Origin: an uncultured Anaerolineales bacterium
Lineage (GTDB): Bacteria; Chloroflexota; Anaerolineae; Anaerolineales; UBA11858
DNA length: 64,000 nt
Reading direction: 5' to 3'
Assembly (NCBI GenBank): GCA_964457375.1
Contig: CAYWFK010000004.1
Location: forward strand, 8,499 to 72,498
Made by a program: the position numbers and the translations under genes. Positions within the stretch are counted from its first letter, which is position 1. Every line of letters begins with the position of its first letter. Shown here one piece after another: positions 36,737-46,686 of the stretch. The notes beneath the pieces were generated by a model, which had not been told where the DNA came from, made no database searches, and saw only the letters and a list, made by a program, of their open reading frames with translations.

Positions 36737-39208
36737 TTAACGCTTTTCTGCCTCGATCCACATTTTTTCACCGTCAGTAATGATCTCGATCCATCCGTTG
36801 AGATCCGTGCGCAAGAGCGAATACCCGTGAACGCTCTCCAACGCGGCTGGATTCGGCAAGCCGTCAGGGTCATCTGCCGCAACAGGAAGAAGAATTACCT
36901 GCGGATGCAAATTGCCAACCCATTCCGGCGGATTTGCCGGGGCATACCCATAGTCTGTTAGTAAGTATACGGATATATCCCCAAAAGGTTTCCCCATTTC
37001 AAGCGCCTGCATATCCTCCATCGATATTCCCAGCGGAAGAATAGCCCGAAACGCGCCTTTCTTCAACAGACATACCACACCGCGTCTCCCCGCGTGTAAA
37101 ATCCGCAAACTTACACCGTCCCCAAAATCAAGTGCTTGCCCTGTGCGTGTTCGCACCACCGACAGCCGCTGTTCCTTCAATACCTTTCTCAGTCGGTCAG
37201 CAGGTTTGTTCGCATTCAGCGGACCCGCCCAAAGGACCATCTTCGGAAGATAGCGGGTAACCAGGCCGGGCAGTGCGCGAATATCCTGCTCATTGGCAGA
37301 AGGCACCAGAAGCACGTCAAGCGCATGCTGCCCGAACGGCAGCCGCCTCCCCAGAGCGTCCGAAAGCAAACTGGTTTTCGAGCCGCCCCCAATCAAAAGC
37401 GTATGGCCGGTCGGTGTTCTGATAAACAATGCATTGCTGCTTCCGGTATCGAACAATGTCAAATGCAAATAACCGTCCGGTGCTGTTCTCACACCGCGCC
37501 ACAACAAGGCTGCCGACACCGACAACCCGACCAGCACCGGTATCGCCAATCGTTCGTACAAAGAACGCTGCTTCCATTGAATAAACTTGTTTTTCAATTC
37601 GCCGAACCAGGCTGTACCCGCAAACAATCCGGCATAATACAAAAAAACAAGCCCGATACCAACCCGCCCTACCACCAGTACGCCCCCCGGTAAAGGCGCC
37701 ATTGCTTCGACAACCCGGATCGTATACCCGGCAAAAAACCATGCCAGTGGAGCCGTCACAACGCCCAAAATATGCGAGACAAGCCCCGCCAACAACGCTA
37801 CTCCCCCCAGAATCATCAGCGGCGGTTGGGCAGGCAATATCAACGGATTGACCAGCAGGGAGGAAAGCGACAAGCGTTTGAAATGATATGCCAAAACGGG
37901 CAAAGTCGTCGCCTGAGCCGCCAGTGTAAACAGAAAATATTCCCCAACCGGACCAGCTATCTTCTTTACCAGACGAACGGGGAACCAGCGTGAAACAAGT
38001 GCGACGAACCAATCCTGCATTGGCTGAGCATAAAGCACCAAACCCAGCGTAGCGGCAAATGAAAGTTGAAACCCGACATCCCACAAAACATGCGGATCGA
38101 GCAGCCCCATCAAACCGGCAACCGCCGCCAAACTGTTCAACCCATGCTGTCTGCGCCCAAGCTGAACAGCCGTCAACGAAAAAACCGACATGATAGCAGC
38201 ACGTACAACAGCCGCATCTGCACCAACGAGCAGCGTATAAAACAGTACTCCCGCAATTGCCGCAGCCGCCGCCCAATAGCGCTGCATCACCCGCCCGAAT
38301 ATCCCAATCAGCAATCCGGCAATTATCGTGATATTGAAACCGGAAATAGCAATGATATGCGTCGTTCCTGTTGCCTTGAATGCGCTGGCAACCCTTGCAG
38401 AAATCCCGTTTTCAACGCCCAGTAAAATCCCCGCAATCAACGAAGCTTCCGGGTCATGCCACAAGCGGTAAACCTCATCCAGTGCCTTTTCCCTGAAAAG
38501 GAAAATAAACCGCATGAAAACATTCCCCTTTCGCACTCCCATGCCGGCAGCGGCTTGTGATGTCATCGTCGCGTAAACCCCTTTATGATAGAGATATGCC
38601 CTGTACGAAAAATCATCCCCATCCTGAGGCGTCTCGACTCTCCCCTCAACGACGACCAAATCCCCGTAATGCCATTTTTCTATTCTCGGAGTACGCACCA
38701 GCAGCAAGCCATGGACTTCTTCGTCATGAATGGCATCTTTCATCCGGATTTTTTCACAGGCAATCCACAAATTGGTATACCCGTCGCGCACATCAGGCGG
38801 TTTCACCAGCACACCGCTCACGACATAAACCAACCCATCATCACGCATCCGGGTAATCGCATGGGTATCCTTCAAATCCGGCAAGGAAACCTGATAACGA
38901 ACAGCACCGAGAAGCATCCCCGCAATCAGCAGCCATAACGACACCCCCGTAAACCGCAGTATCCTGGCAGACAAAAAGCCCTCGCCTGTTCCTGCCCGCC
39001 GATTGGAGAACCACCCAAAGCATAAGCCGGCACACACTGCAACCGCAGCGCCCGCCAGCCAAAGCTGCCATGGATTGGGGAAAAACGCAGCCAGCACGAT
39101 GCCCGCCATGAAAAACAATGACAGCCAGAATAAAGGCAAACGCCGAAAACGTCTACGTCTCGCAGTTGTTTTTGAATCACCGGATGATAAACCGGAGCGG
39201 GGAATCAT
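36737..39208 (-). CDS. comEC: ComEC/Rec2 DNA internalization channel with C-terminal metallo-beta-lactamase domain
   Basis: 823 aa. An N-terminal OB-like/DUF4131 region is followed by a polytopic competence domain (GTTHIIAISGFNITIIAGLL) and a C-terminal MBL-like domain. Confidence 0.9.
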   Translation of the reverse strand: MIPRSGLSSGDSKTTARRRRFRRLPLFWLSLFFMAGIVLAAFFPNPWQLWLAGAAVAVCAGLCFGWFSNRRAGTGEGFLSARILRFTGVSLWLLIAGMLLGAVRYQVSLPDLKDTHAITRMRDDGLVYVVSGVLVKPPDVRDGYTNLWIACEKIRMKDAIHDEEVHGLLLVRTPRIEKWHYGDLVVVEGRVETPQDGDDFSYRAYLYHKGVYATMTSQAAAGMGVRKGNVFMRFIFLFREKALDEVYRLWHDPEASLIAGILLGVENGISARVASAFKATGTTHIIAISGFNITIIAGLLIGIFGRVMQRYWAAAAAIAGVLFYTLLVGADAAVVRAAIMSVFSLTAVQLGRRQHGLNSLAAVAGLMGLLDPHVLWDVGFQLSFAATLGLVLYAQPMQDWFVALVSRWFPVRLVKKIAGPVGEYFLFTLAAQATTLPVLAYHFKRLSLSSLLVNPLILPAQPPLMILGGVALLAGLVSHILGVVTAPLAWFFAGYTIRVVEAMAPLPGGVLVVGRVGIGLVFLYYAGLFAGTAWFGELKNKFIQWKQRSLYERLAIPVLVGLSVSAALLWRGVRTAPDGYLHLTLFDTGSSNALFIRTPTGHTLLIGGGSKTSLLSDALGRRLPFGQHALDVLLVPSANEQDIRALPGLVTRYLPKMVLWAGPLNANKPADRLRKVLKEQRLSVVRTRTGQALDFGDGVSLRILHAGRRGVVCLLKKGAFRAILPLGISMEDMQALEMGKPFGDISVYLLTDYGYAPANPPEWVGNLHPQVILLPVAADDPDGLPNPAALESVHGYSLLRTDLNGWIEIITDGEKMWIEAEKR

Positions 39209-39464
39209 CGAAATCGTATGCCGGAAAATTATTCACTGCATGGATAAAATGACACGTTCGTGCCGCTTGTTATTCATTATACATGAGCTTTTTCTCCGGA
39301 GACAATCCTCCCTTTTCATTCCAGAAAACGAATCCACACCTGTTCACACACTGAAAACCCGCCCGCAACCTGACTGTATCATCTACAAAACGAAGAAGGC
39401 AGAGAACCGCTTTGCAGCCTCTGCCTTCTCGAATTCACCGGTTCATGGACGGTGAAACTTTGAC

Positions 39465-39728
39465 TTATTCAGGAGTTCTCCCCAAATCTTCCCTGATTTT
39501 GAAATACTTTTCCCGGTCAATTTCACCGCTCGCGTAACGCCTGTCCAATTCATCCCTTGGGGAAAGAATTGCAGAATGGTTTCCATAAGGGACATCAGGG
39601 AAATTGCGGTCACTGTTCCGGCTGGAAAACGCGGCCCCGCCGCGCCCAACTCCCAGCAGGCTCACAACAGCTATCCCCAGAAAGATAATCACAAACAACC
39701 CGCCGAGCAAACCAAATCCCATCATCAT
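39465..39728 (-). CDS. small membrane protein with SHOCT domain
   Basis: N-terminal TM helix plus C-terminal LDRRYASGEIDREKYFKIREDL (SHOCT motif). The start overlaps the upstream stop (ATGA). Confidence 0.7.
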   Translation of the reverse strand: MMMGFGLLGGLFVIIFLGIAVVSLLGVGRGGAAFSSRNSDRNFPDVPYGNHSAILSPRDELDRRYASGEIDREKYFKIREDLGRTPE

Positions 39729-40021
39729 TCGACACCTCGCTTTCCTTGTAAATCATTTACCATACGGAAATACTGCTCCCGACTAATTTCACCGCGTGCA
39801 TAACGAACACCAAGAATAACAGCAGGGGATTCGCCCTGAACATCTTCATCTTCCCTGGCTTTGTCATACCGCGCATTGCCGGAAAACTGCCGGACCATTC
39901 GGTATCCCATCCAAAGGATCATCCCCAAAATCAGTACTACCGGCAAAATAAAAATCAGAATACCGATACTTCCCGGCGCTCCGATTCCCCAAAATCCTGC
40001 CACGCCACAACAACCGAACAT
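39725..40021 (-). CDS. small membrane protein with SHOCT domain (paralogue)
   Basis: N-terminal TM helix plus LGVRYARGEISREQYFRMVNDL. Strong SD AAGGAGG. Confidence 0.7.
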   Translation of the reverse strand: MFGCCGVAGFWGIGAPGSIGILIFILPVVLILGMILWMGYRMVRQFSGNARYDKAREDEDVQGESPAVILGVRYARGEISREQYFRMVNDLQGKRGVE

Positions 40022-40427
40022 AACTTACCTCCTTTGTATTATCCTGCTGTTATCTTAGCCGAACGATATAAAGGAACGGTAAAGACAAGATGAAGACACA
40101 TTAAAGAAAATGCCCGGTCAGGATGAATAGCCTTGTCTCAAACCAACAATCTTTCCACCCGTCCCGATTACGCACCTGTCCATTGCCCATAACCAAACAC
40201 GTAACGGATTTATCATCACCGCCTGCCCGCATTTCGGCACATCACAAAGTACGCGTCAACCCTAACGCAGCAGAATTCGGAACACAAACAGGCACGTTCC
40301 TGCCTTCGTGTTTGCAACCGGGAACATATCCGACGCAAAATGAATGGTTCGGATGACCCGCCTCGGTGTATAATATCGAAAATCGATTTCTAAACCATTT
40401 CAGAACCATCACATAAGGAGAAAAAAG

Positions 40428-40865
40428 ATGCTTTGGGTTACCCGTTCACACGTACACGTTGATCGTGTCGCTTGCCCCTGGTTGATCAGCCGTTTCGTGG
40501 ACTCGGATGCAGAATTCCTCTTCGTCCCTTCCGGAAAAATCATCAAAGTCGCTGAAGAGATGGGCGGCATTCCTTTCGATGCTCCCGGCGTCGACTTGGG
40601 ACACCACGATGGGAAATGCTCCTTCGAAGCTATCATCGAACACTACGGACTGAAAAACAAAGCGCTCCTGCGGCTCGCCAAAATCGTCCACAGCGCCGAT
40701 GTCACCGAAGATCTTGACCAGGACCCCATCGCCGCCGGTTTGGACGCAATTGCAATCGGATACAGCCTGCGCTTCCCCGATGATTTCGAGAATCTCGAAC
40801 GCCAATTCGATGTTTATGATGCCCTGTACGCCTGGTGCCATCTTCAGGTTGCCAAAGAAGAATAA
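40428..40865 (+). CDS. chromate-resistance ChrB C-terminal-domain-like protein
   Basis: VTRSHVHVDRVACPWLISRFVDSDAEFLFV matches the conserved N-terminal motif of the Chrome_Resist (ChrB C-terminal) family. AAGGAG SD. Confidence 0.7.
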   Translation: MLWVTRSHVHVDRVACPWLISRFVDSDAEFLFVPSGKIIKVAEEMGGIPFDAPGVDLGHHDGKCSFEAIIEHYGLKNKALLRLAKIVHSADVTEDLDQDPIAAGLDAIAIGYSLRFPDDFENLERQFDVYDALYAWCHLQVAKEE

Positions 40866-40998
40866 CGCTTCCCCGGCCCTGTCAGGATGACAACCCTGCG
40901 AAGAACAGGCACGGCAGCTTCTTTGCTTGAACACGCCGCATATCATTGCCTCTTCACAGGGAATACGGCATCAGTCGATGCTTCCAATAAATTTACCG

Positions 40999-41031
40999 CA
41001 ACACCCCGATAGAAAAATTATCGGGGTGTTG
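40999..41031. other. perfect 13-bp inverted repeat (hairpin, possible bidirectional terminator)
   Basis: CAACACCCCGATA-gaaaaat-TATCGGGGTGTTG, read directly. There is no clean T-run on either side. Confidence 0.45.
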
Positions 41032-41396
41032 ACAAAGAGGAGGAGAATGGTCAGGGGAGCATACGGTTGCCATTCATCACAACAACAACACACTTTCCCT
41101 GATCGGTAATCATATGTCTTCCCGGAATGCTTGATTTACACTCGCTGCAACCTTCCCGGATAAAATCCGGCAAGGGGCCCGGTGGTGCATGCATTTCCAA
41201 TGGAATTTGACAAAAGCCGTTGTTAATACCATTACCAACGGAAATTGGTTCAAAGTCACCGGTCAAGCTTGCCACAGTTTTTTTGGAAAAACCTGAACTT
41301 GCCATCAACCGATTTTTCATTTACACTGTGACGCAGCTTTCACTTTCAGGCAAACACGACAATGAAAGCTGATTGACTATCAAGAAGGAATGGACA

Positions 41397-42188
41397 ATGA
41401 ACTGGATTACTGACCCTCAAATTTGGATTGCACTGATTACATTGACAGCGCTGGAAATCGTTTTGGGGATCGACAATATCGTATTCATCTCGATCCTTGC
41501 AGGAAAACTTCCTGAAAAAGAACAAGCCAAAGGACGCGAACTTGGCCTTCTCGGCGCCATGTTTACCCGCATTCTCCTGCTGGTTTCACTGGCATGGCTG
41601 GCACATCTGACCAGACCGCTTTTCGCTTTGGGTGAACACACCGTTACCTGGCGTGACCTCGTGATGCTCGCCGGCGGGTTGTTCCTGATTGGCAAAAGTA
41701 CGGTCGAAATTCACGAAAAGCTGGAAGGTAAGGAAGGACAGGATTCCGCCAAAATACGGGTTTCTTTCTGGTCCGTAGTGATTCAAATCACGCTGTTGGA
41801 TATCGTCTTTTCACTCGACTCAGTCGTAACTGCGATTGGCATGGCTGAGCAGGTTGCCGTAATGATTGCCGCAGTGGTCATTGCTGTGGGCATTATGATG
41901 GTCGCATCAGGCCCTATCAGCAAGTTTGTCAACGACCGCCCGACCATCAAAATTCTTGCTCTCAGTTTCCTGCTACTGATTGGGGTTTCCTTGATGGCTG
42001 ACGGACTGCACTTCCATATTCCCAAGGGGTATATTTACTTCTCGATGGGCTTTTCCATTTTCGTCGAATTGCTGAACCAGAGAGTACGTCCGTCGGAACA
42101 CGATCCGGTGCACTTGCACCAACCCTACGTGAAAAACACCATTGCAAAGGCTTCCGCCAGCCTTGACAAAGAAACTCAAAAAGACTAG
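41397..42188 (+). CDS. TerC family integral membrane protein
   Basis: ALEIVLGIDNIVFISIL and LLDIVFSLDSVVTAIG are the duplicated TerC signature. Start at ATG 41397 behind AAGGAA. Confidence 0.9.
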   Translation: MNWITDPQIWIALITLTALEIVLGIDNIVFISILAGKLPEKEQAKGRELGLLGAMFTRILLLVSLAWLAHLTRPLFALGEHTVTWRDLVMLAGGLFLIGKSTVEIHEKLEGKEGQDSAKIRVSFWSVVIQITLLDIVFSLDSVVTAIGMAEQVAVMIAAVVIAVGIMMVASGPISKFVNDRPTIKILALSFLLLIGVSLMADGLHFHIPKGYIYFSMGFSIFVELLNQRVRPSEHDPVHLHQPYVKNTIAKASASLDKETQKD

Positions 42189-42241
42189 CATAATGACCGC
42201 ATAAATGATTGGTACAAGGAAACAAGCACGAGGCAATGTGA

Positions 42242-43468
42242 ATGACGAAAGAAAATGACCCCATGGATGATAACCACAAGGCTGACTCGGAAAACACCGG
42301 CAGTCAAACTGCGGTCGCCGAATCAGCGCATTCATCCGCAAAGCAAAGCGATTCGCAGTCAAAAAATGTGGCTGTCAAACAGGGCAAGTTGAAGCCTTAT
42401 TTGCACCTCATTGTAAATATTGCGTTGGTGATTTTGGTTGGCATTGTTGCTTTTCTGTCCTGGGCACGGCTCTCAGCCCCCCAAACCGCTAACGTTAACG
42501 CCCCATCTTCTGAAAAAGCAGATACCGCTGACAATACAACCGAAGACAATATCGTTTCGATTTCCACGGAACCTTTCACCGCAGAAAACACGATCAGCAG
42601 TGGTATTTTCCGGGTGGCGTCTCTGCACACAACGATCCCGACACGCCCGCGGGCAGATGTCATCACCTATACGGTAAAAACCGGTGATAGTCTTTTCAGC
42701 ATCGCCGATTCATTCGGGCTCAAGCCGGAAACGCTCCTTTGGGGCAACTTCGATGTTCTGCAAGATAATCCGCATTTGCTCAAACCGGGGCAGATACTTA
42801 ATATTCTTCCTGTCGATGGAACATACTACGAATGGCAGGAAGGGGACGACCTGAAAAAAGTCGCCGACTTTTTCAAAGTCGACCCGGAAAAAATCCTCGA
42901 ATATCCCGGAAACCGTTTCGACCTGACCATGGCAAACGTGGAAGATCCCGGCATCAAACCGGGCAGATGGCTTGTCATTCCTGACGGCAAGCGCAAAGTT
43001 CAGGACTGGGGTCCTCCGGCAATTACAAGGTCTAACCCTGCATCCGCCCGTTATTATGGACCTGGTTTTTGTGGCAAGATTTATCAAGGGGCTGTGGGAA
43101 CAGGTGCCTTTGTTTGGCCGACAACCTCGCATTGGATCTCCGGTTATGATTACAACGCCGTCGTCCACCCGGCAATTGACATCGGCGGACAAATCGGCAC
43201 ACCAATCTTCGCTGCTGATGCAGGTGTGGTCGTCTACGCCGGCTGGTCGAACTGGGGATACGGCAATCTGATCGTCATCGACCACGGCAATGGCTGGCAA
43301 ACAGCCTACGCTCACCTGAGTTCTCTGGCAGTCGGCTGCGGGCAAAGTGTTTTCCGCGGCACACAAATCGGCGGCATGGGCAGTACCGGCAACTCATCCG
43401 GGCCCCACTTGCACTTCGAAATGGTGCTCAACGGTGCCAAACTCAATCCGCACAACTTCCTGCCATAA
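42242..43468 (+). CDS. LysM-domain M23 family peptidoglycan endopeptidase
   Basis: TM anchor, LysM (YTVKTGDSLFSIADSFG) and the M23 motifs HPAIDIGG and GPHLHFE. Confidence 0.9.
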   Translation: MTKENDPMDDNHKADSENTGSQTAVAESAHSSAKQSDSQSKNVAVKQGKLKPYLHLIVNIALVILVGIVAFLSWARLSAPQTANVNAPSSEKADTADNTTEDNIVSISTEPFTAENTISSGIFRVASLHTTIPTRPRADVITYTVKTGDSLFSIADSFGLKPETLLWGNFDVLQDNPHLLKPGQILNILPVDGTYYEWQEGDDLKKVADFFKVDPEKILEYPGNRFDLTMANVEDPGIKPGRWLVIPDGKRKVQDWGPPAITRSNPASARYYGPGFCGKIYQGAVGTGAFVWPTTSHWISGYDYNAVVHPAIDIGGQIGTPIFAADAGVVVYAGWSNWGYGNLIVIDHGNGWQTAYAHLSSLAVGCGQSVFRGTQIGGMGSTGNSSGPHLHFEMVLNGAKLNPHNFLP

Positions 43469-43490
43469 CCGCTTTCCGCATACAACTAAT

Positions 43491-43527
43491 AAAAATCCGC
43501 TCATTGCTAGTGAGCGGATTTTCTATT
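43491..43527 (+). terminator. rho-independent terminator of the M23 peptidase gene
   Basis: An AATCCGCTCA-ttgctag-TGAGCGGATT stem is followed by TTCTATTT. Confidence 0.75.
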
Positions 43528-43634
43528 TCCATCGAGGAAGAGAAACACAAAACCTGAAAATACTCCTGATGCTACAGATTATATCAATAATGATATAATC
43601 TGTCACAAAAAACATCGATTGGAAAGCGCATACA

Positions 43635-43961
43635 ATGAACAAATTGAACAAACTCTTACAAGAAAAATTCCAGGACGACGACTTTCTGAAAGAATACCTC
43701 CGTCAGGAAGTTTTCTACAAGCTGGCAGATGTCATCCTGCTCAGGCGCAAAGCCCTCGGACTCACGCAGGCACAATTGGCAAAGAAAGCAGGAACGACAC
43801 AGGCGGTCATTTCACGGCTTGAGAACGCTTCCGTGAAACCATCCCTTGACTCGGTGGTAAAGATAGCCGAAGCGCTGGGTACTGTCGTCGAAATTCAATT
43901 GGTGCCCCTCGATGAAATCAAACGCACCGTACAACAGACAGTACACCGCCATGAGGAATAA
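43635..43961 (+). CDS. XRE-family helix-turn-helix transcriptional regulator
   Basis: LRRKALGLTQAQLAKKAGTTQAVISRLEN is a classical HTH_3 motif. Confidence 0.8.
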   Translation: MNKLNKLLQEKFQDDDFLKEYLRQEVFYKLADVILLRRKALGLTQAQLAKKAGTTQAVISRLENASVKPSLDSVVKIAEALGTVVEIQLVPLDEIKRTVQQTVHRHEE

Positions 43962-44112
43962 CCCATCCCGATTAACATAACCAAATCGCTGCCGGTTTGA
44001 CCGTTCCCGCCAAACCGGGGCGGAAGACATTATCGGCTTCGTCGAACCGCGTAGTTCCAGTTTCCGGCGAGATTTTCCGCACACATCATAAACCGGGTAA
44101 AATACCCGTACT

Positions 44113-44535
44113 ATGCAATGGTACAAAGACACCCTCGTCATTGATACACGCGGGAAAGGGCTGTATCAGTTTACCGGCCTGATCGAAGAACGCATCCGCG
44201 CCTGGAATATCGAAGAAGGCATGTGCTTTCTTTTCATTCCACACACCAGCGCATCACTGGTCGCCAGCGAATCCTACGACCCAACCGCACGCATCGATTT
44301 GGAAGCCTATATGGAACGTCTGGCACCCGAAAGGCAGGCATGGCACCGCCATACGCTCGAAGGTGCCGATGATTCTCCGTCCCACATGCGTGCCATGCTC
44401 ACGAACACGTCCCTGAGTATCCCAATCGATGACGGGCACCTCTCGCTGGGCACCTGGCAAGGCATTTACCTCTTCGAACACCGTTCCCGCGCCCACCGAA
44501 GACACGTCTATCTACGCTGTATGAGCGCGCCATAA
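44113..44535 (+). CDS. YjbQ/UPF0047 family (secondary thiamine-phosphate synthase-like)
   Basis: FIPHTSASL ... GADDSPSHMRA ... G.LSLGTWQGIYLFEHR is the conserved YjbQ pattern. Confidence 0.85.
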   Translation: MQWYKDTLVIDTRGKGLYQFTGLIEERIRAWNIEEGMCFLFIPHTSASLVASESYDPTARIDLEAYMERLAPERQAWHRHTLEGADDSPSHMRAMLTNTSLSIPIDDGHLSLGTWQGIYLFEHRSRAHRRHVYLRCMSAP

Positions 44536-44926
44536 AACATCCCCCCCCAAAAAAAAGTGCCGGTTATCATAAACGGGAAAACAACACAACCGCCGCAGAA
44601 GCACCGGAAGCTTAATCTGTTAAGGTAAACACTGCTATGGAACTGTTGGTTTCACTATTTTCCCCGGCAACAGGCACATAGGGCGGCTTGACACGCTTCA
44701 TTTTTCTGGCACAAGCTGCGCACAAAAACGGCACATCTTCGTTTGGATTGGCACCGGCTCGATTTCACTCGATGCACCCGAAACCGTTCTTCCGCAATGT
44801 TTCCCGTCATCCGGCAACACACTTTGCCACAGCAGGCAACACCATCACCCGGTCTCTTTATCACCATGTTCCGTTGAGCATTTTTCCCGGGAAATTTTCG
44901 GGCGGGGAAACGCCGGCGGGCAAGTT

Positions 44927-44935
44927 TGATATAAT
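44927..44935 (+). promoter_or_regulatory. extended -10 element TGATATAAT upstream of the VIT1 gene
   Basis: Read directly, 86 nt upstream of ATG 45021. No good -35 is present. Confidence 0.35.
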
Positions 44936-45020
44936 CAAACAAGAGATCAGCATTATCCATCCGGCAATCAAAAGTCCGGATATTCAAGGAAAGCAAGAGA
45001 ACTTCAAGGAGAATAGTCGC

Positions 45021-45902
45021 ATGGCGGCTCAGGCATTATCCCCAAAAATCCAAAAAGAAGCCCTGAAATGGCAGCGGGCTGAAATTACCGGGCACTATAC
45101 TTACATGCGTTTGGCAGAAGTAGTGAAAGACCCCAATAACCGAAAAGTTGTTCAGAATATCGGCTTGCAGGAATCAGCACATTACAAAATCTTCAAGTCC
45201 TATACCAAAGAGGATACCGCCCCCAACTGGTTTCAGGTCTGGATTTATTACTGGATTGCACGCATTCTGGGGCTGACCTTCGGCATCAAACTGATGGAAC
45301 GCGGGGAAGAATGGGCGCAATTATCTTATCAGCAGTTCCGCGATGAAATCCCAGAAATCGAGGAAATCATTCGCAATGAAGAGGAACACGAAAACAAATT
45401 GCTTGCCATGCTGGATGAAGAAGTGCTCAAATACACCGGTTCGGTTGTCCTTGGTCTGAACGATGCGCTGGTGGAACTCACCGGAGCACTTGCAGGATTG
45501 ACCTTCGCCTTTCAAAACACAAGGCTGATTGCCGTTACCGGCCTGATCACCGGCGTATCCGCTGCGCTTTCGATGGCAGCCTCGGAATACCTCTCGACCC
45601 GCGCAGAAAATGGCGAAGCATCCCCGGGACGCTCTGCGCTTTATACAGGTATCGCCTATATCTTCACCGTCATCGTCCTTATTTTGCCCTTCTTCCTGCT
45701 CCAAAACTATCTCGCCTGTCTGGCATGGACCTTGCTGAACGCAATTTTGATTATTGCCTTGTTCAACTTCTACATCTCTGTTGCCAAAGATCTCGAATTC
45801 GGCAAACGCTTTTTGGAGATGGCGGCTGTCAGCGTTAGCGTCGCTGCCTTTTCCTTCGGAATTGGCTATCTGGTACGCCAGGTATTCGGAATCGACATCT
45901 GA
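45021..45902 (+). CDS. VIT1/CCC1 family Fe/Mn transporter with N-terminal ferritin-like domain
   Basis: The N-terminal ferritin-like region has E..GHY...A, ESAHY and EEEHE. The C-terminal VIT1 membrane domain has GLNDALVELTGALAG and AALSMAASEYLS. Start at ATG 45021 behind AAGGAGAA; the in-frame 111-codon upstream extension is judged non-coding. Confidence 0.85.
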   Translation: MAAQALSPKIQKEALKWQRAEITGHYTYMRLAEVVKDPNNRKVVQNIGLQESAHYKIFKSYTKEDTAPNWFQVWIYYWIARILGLTFGIKLMERGEEWAQLSYQQFRDEIPEIEEIIRNEEEHENKLLAMLDEEVLKYTGSVVLGLNDALVELTGALAGLTFAFQNTRLIAVTGLITGVSAALSMAASEYLSTRAENGEASPGRSALYTGIAYIFTVIVLILPFFLLQNYLACLAWTLLNAILIIALFNFYISVAKDLEFGKRFLEMAAVSVSVAAFSFGIGYLVRQVFGIDI

Positions 45903-46035
45903 TCATCTGATGGTGAACACCGGAAGCAGAAGTATCAAGCTCAAAACTTCCTGCACCGCGGTTTTCGTCACTGCCCCTGCCGTTTCATCCGGCATATCCG
46001 TATAAAAATTGACACCAATCAACCCGGAGCCATTC

Positions 46036-46455
46036 ATGATTACCCAGGTACACAAACATATCATCAACGAATTACAGCAAAATATCCGCACCGACCGGAT
46101 CTTTGTCATCACAGCCATCGTCTTCAACTTAATTGCGCTGGCAATCAATGCCTCTATCGCCGGCTCGCACGACAGCGCGACCGATGACTTGATCATGGGC
46201 ATCTTCATCTTCATAAGCATCGTGATCAACACCATCGCCGCCCTTGGGCTTAACACGGGCAGAAAATCGCGGGAAAAATTGCTTCACGGATTGATTTCCA
46301 TGTACGAAGATCACGACGTCGCAAAATATTACGACATCAGTTTGGTAAAAGGCTACAAAAACCGCTATTTTCTCTTCATTGCCGTCATTCTTAGCCTGGC
46401 TTTCACCGCCATTGTCATCCCGCTAATCATTCGCTTTTCGCACACACCGATGTAA
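46036..46455 (+). CDS. hypothetical membrane protein
   Basis: Start at ATG 46036 behind GGAG. 139 aa with 4 TM helices. Confidence 0.55.
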   Translation: MITQVHKHIINELQQNIRTDRIFVITAIVFNLIALAINASIAGSHDSATDDLIMGIFIFISIVINTIAALGLNTGRKSREKLLHGLISMYEDHDVAKYYDISLVKGYKNRYFLFIAVILSLAFTAIVIPLIIRFSHTPM

Positions 46456-46686
46456 CGACAAACAAAACTGGTCTCCCCTGCGTTTTCCGGCAAACAGCCC
46501 CAAACCCCGCCCGGCTTGCCTGCACCACTCACCAACGCCTCAGGGAAAACGCTCCGGGGTAAGTACAGGCAGCAACCGACATTCATCTCAATCGGCAGTT
46601 TTCAAATTGCTTTTCGTTTTCCATCAAAATGGGGTTTAATTAACCACAAACCTATTCACGACCAGCACAGGCTCAGGAGAGACAAA

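Noticed and set aside
40866-41396. yybP-ykoY manganese riboswitch upstream of TerC (also checked 44560-45020 upstream of VIT1)
   Set aside because: The conserved GGGGAGUAG / UUGACAUA / AGACC elements are not present in the required order on the coding strand.
44541-44556. C8A8 homopolymer as a phase-variation switch
   Set aside because: It is intergenic, just past the yjbQ stop and about 370 nt upstream of the candidate VIT1 promoter. No ORF or promoter spacing would be altered by slippage.
44655-44996. 113-aa Cys-rich basic minus-strand ORF in the VIT1 upstream region
   Set aside because: It has a TTG start and no SD, and its composition is typical of a random ORF in GC-neutral DNA. It is kept only as a note inside the leader-region finding.
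44688-45020. 111-codon N-terminal extension of the VIT1 ORF, with similar extensions at 46516-46686 (SDR) and 50556-50717 (moaA)
   Set aside because: The extensions have non-protein-like composition. Internal ATGs with good SDs coincide with the conserved N-termini of the respective families.
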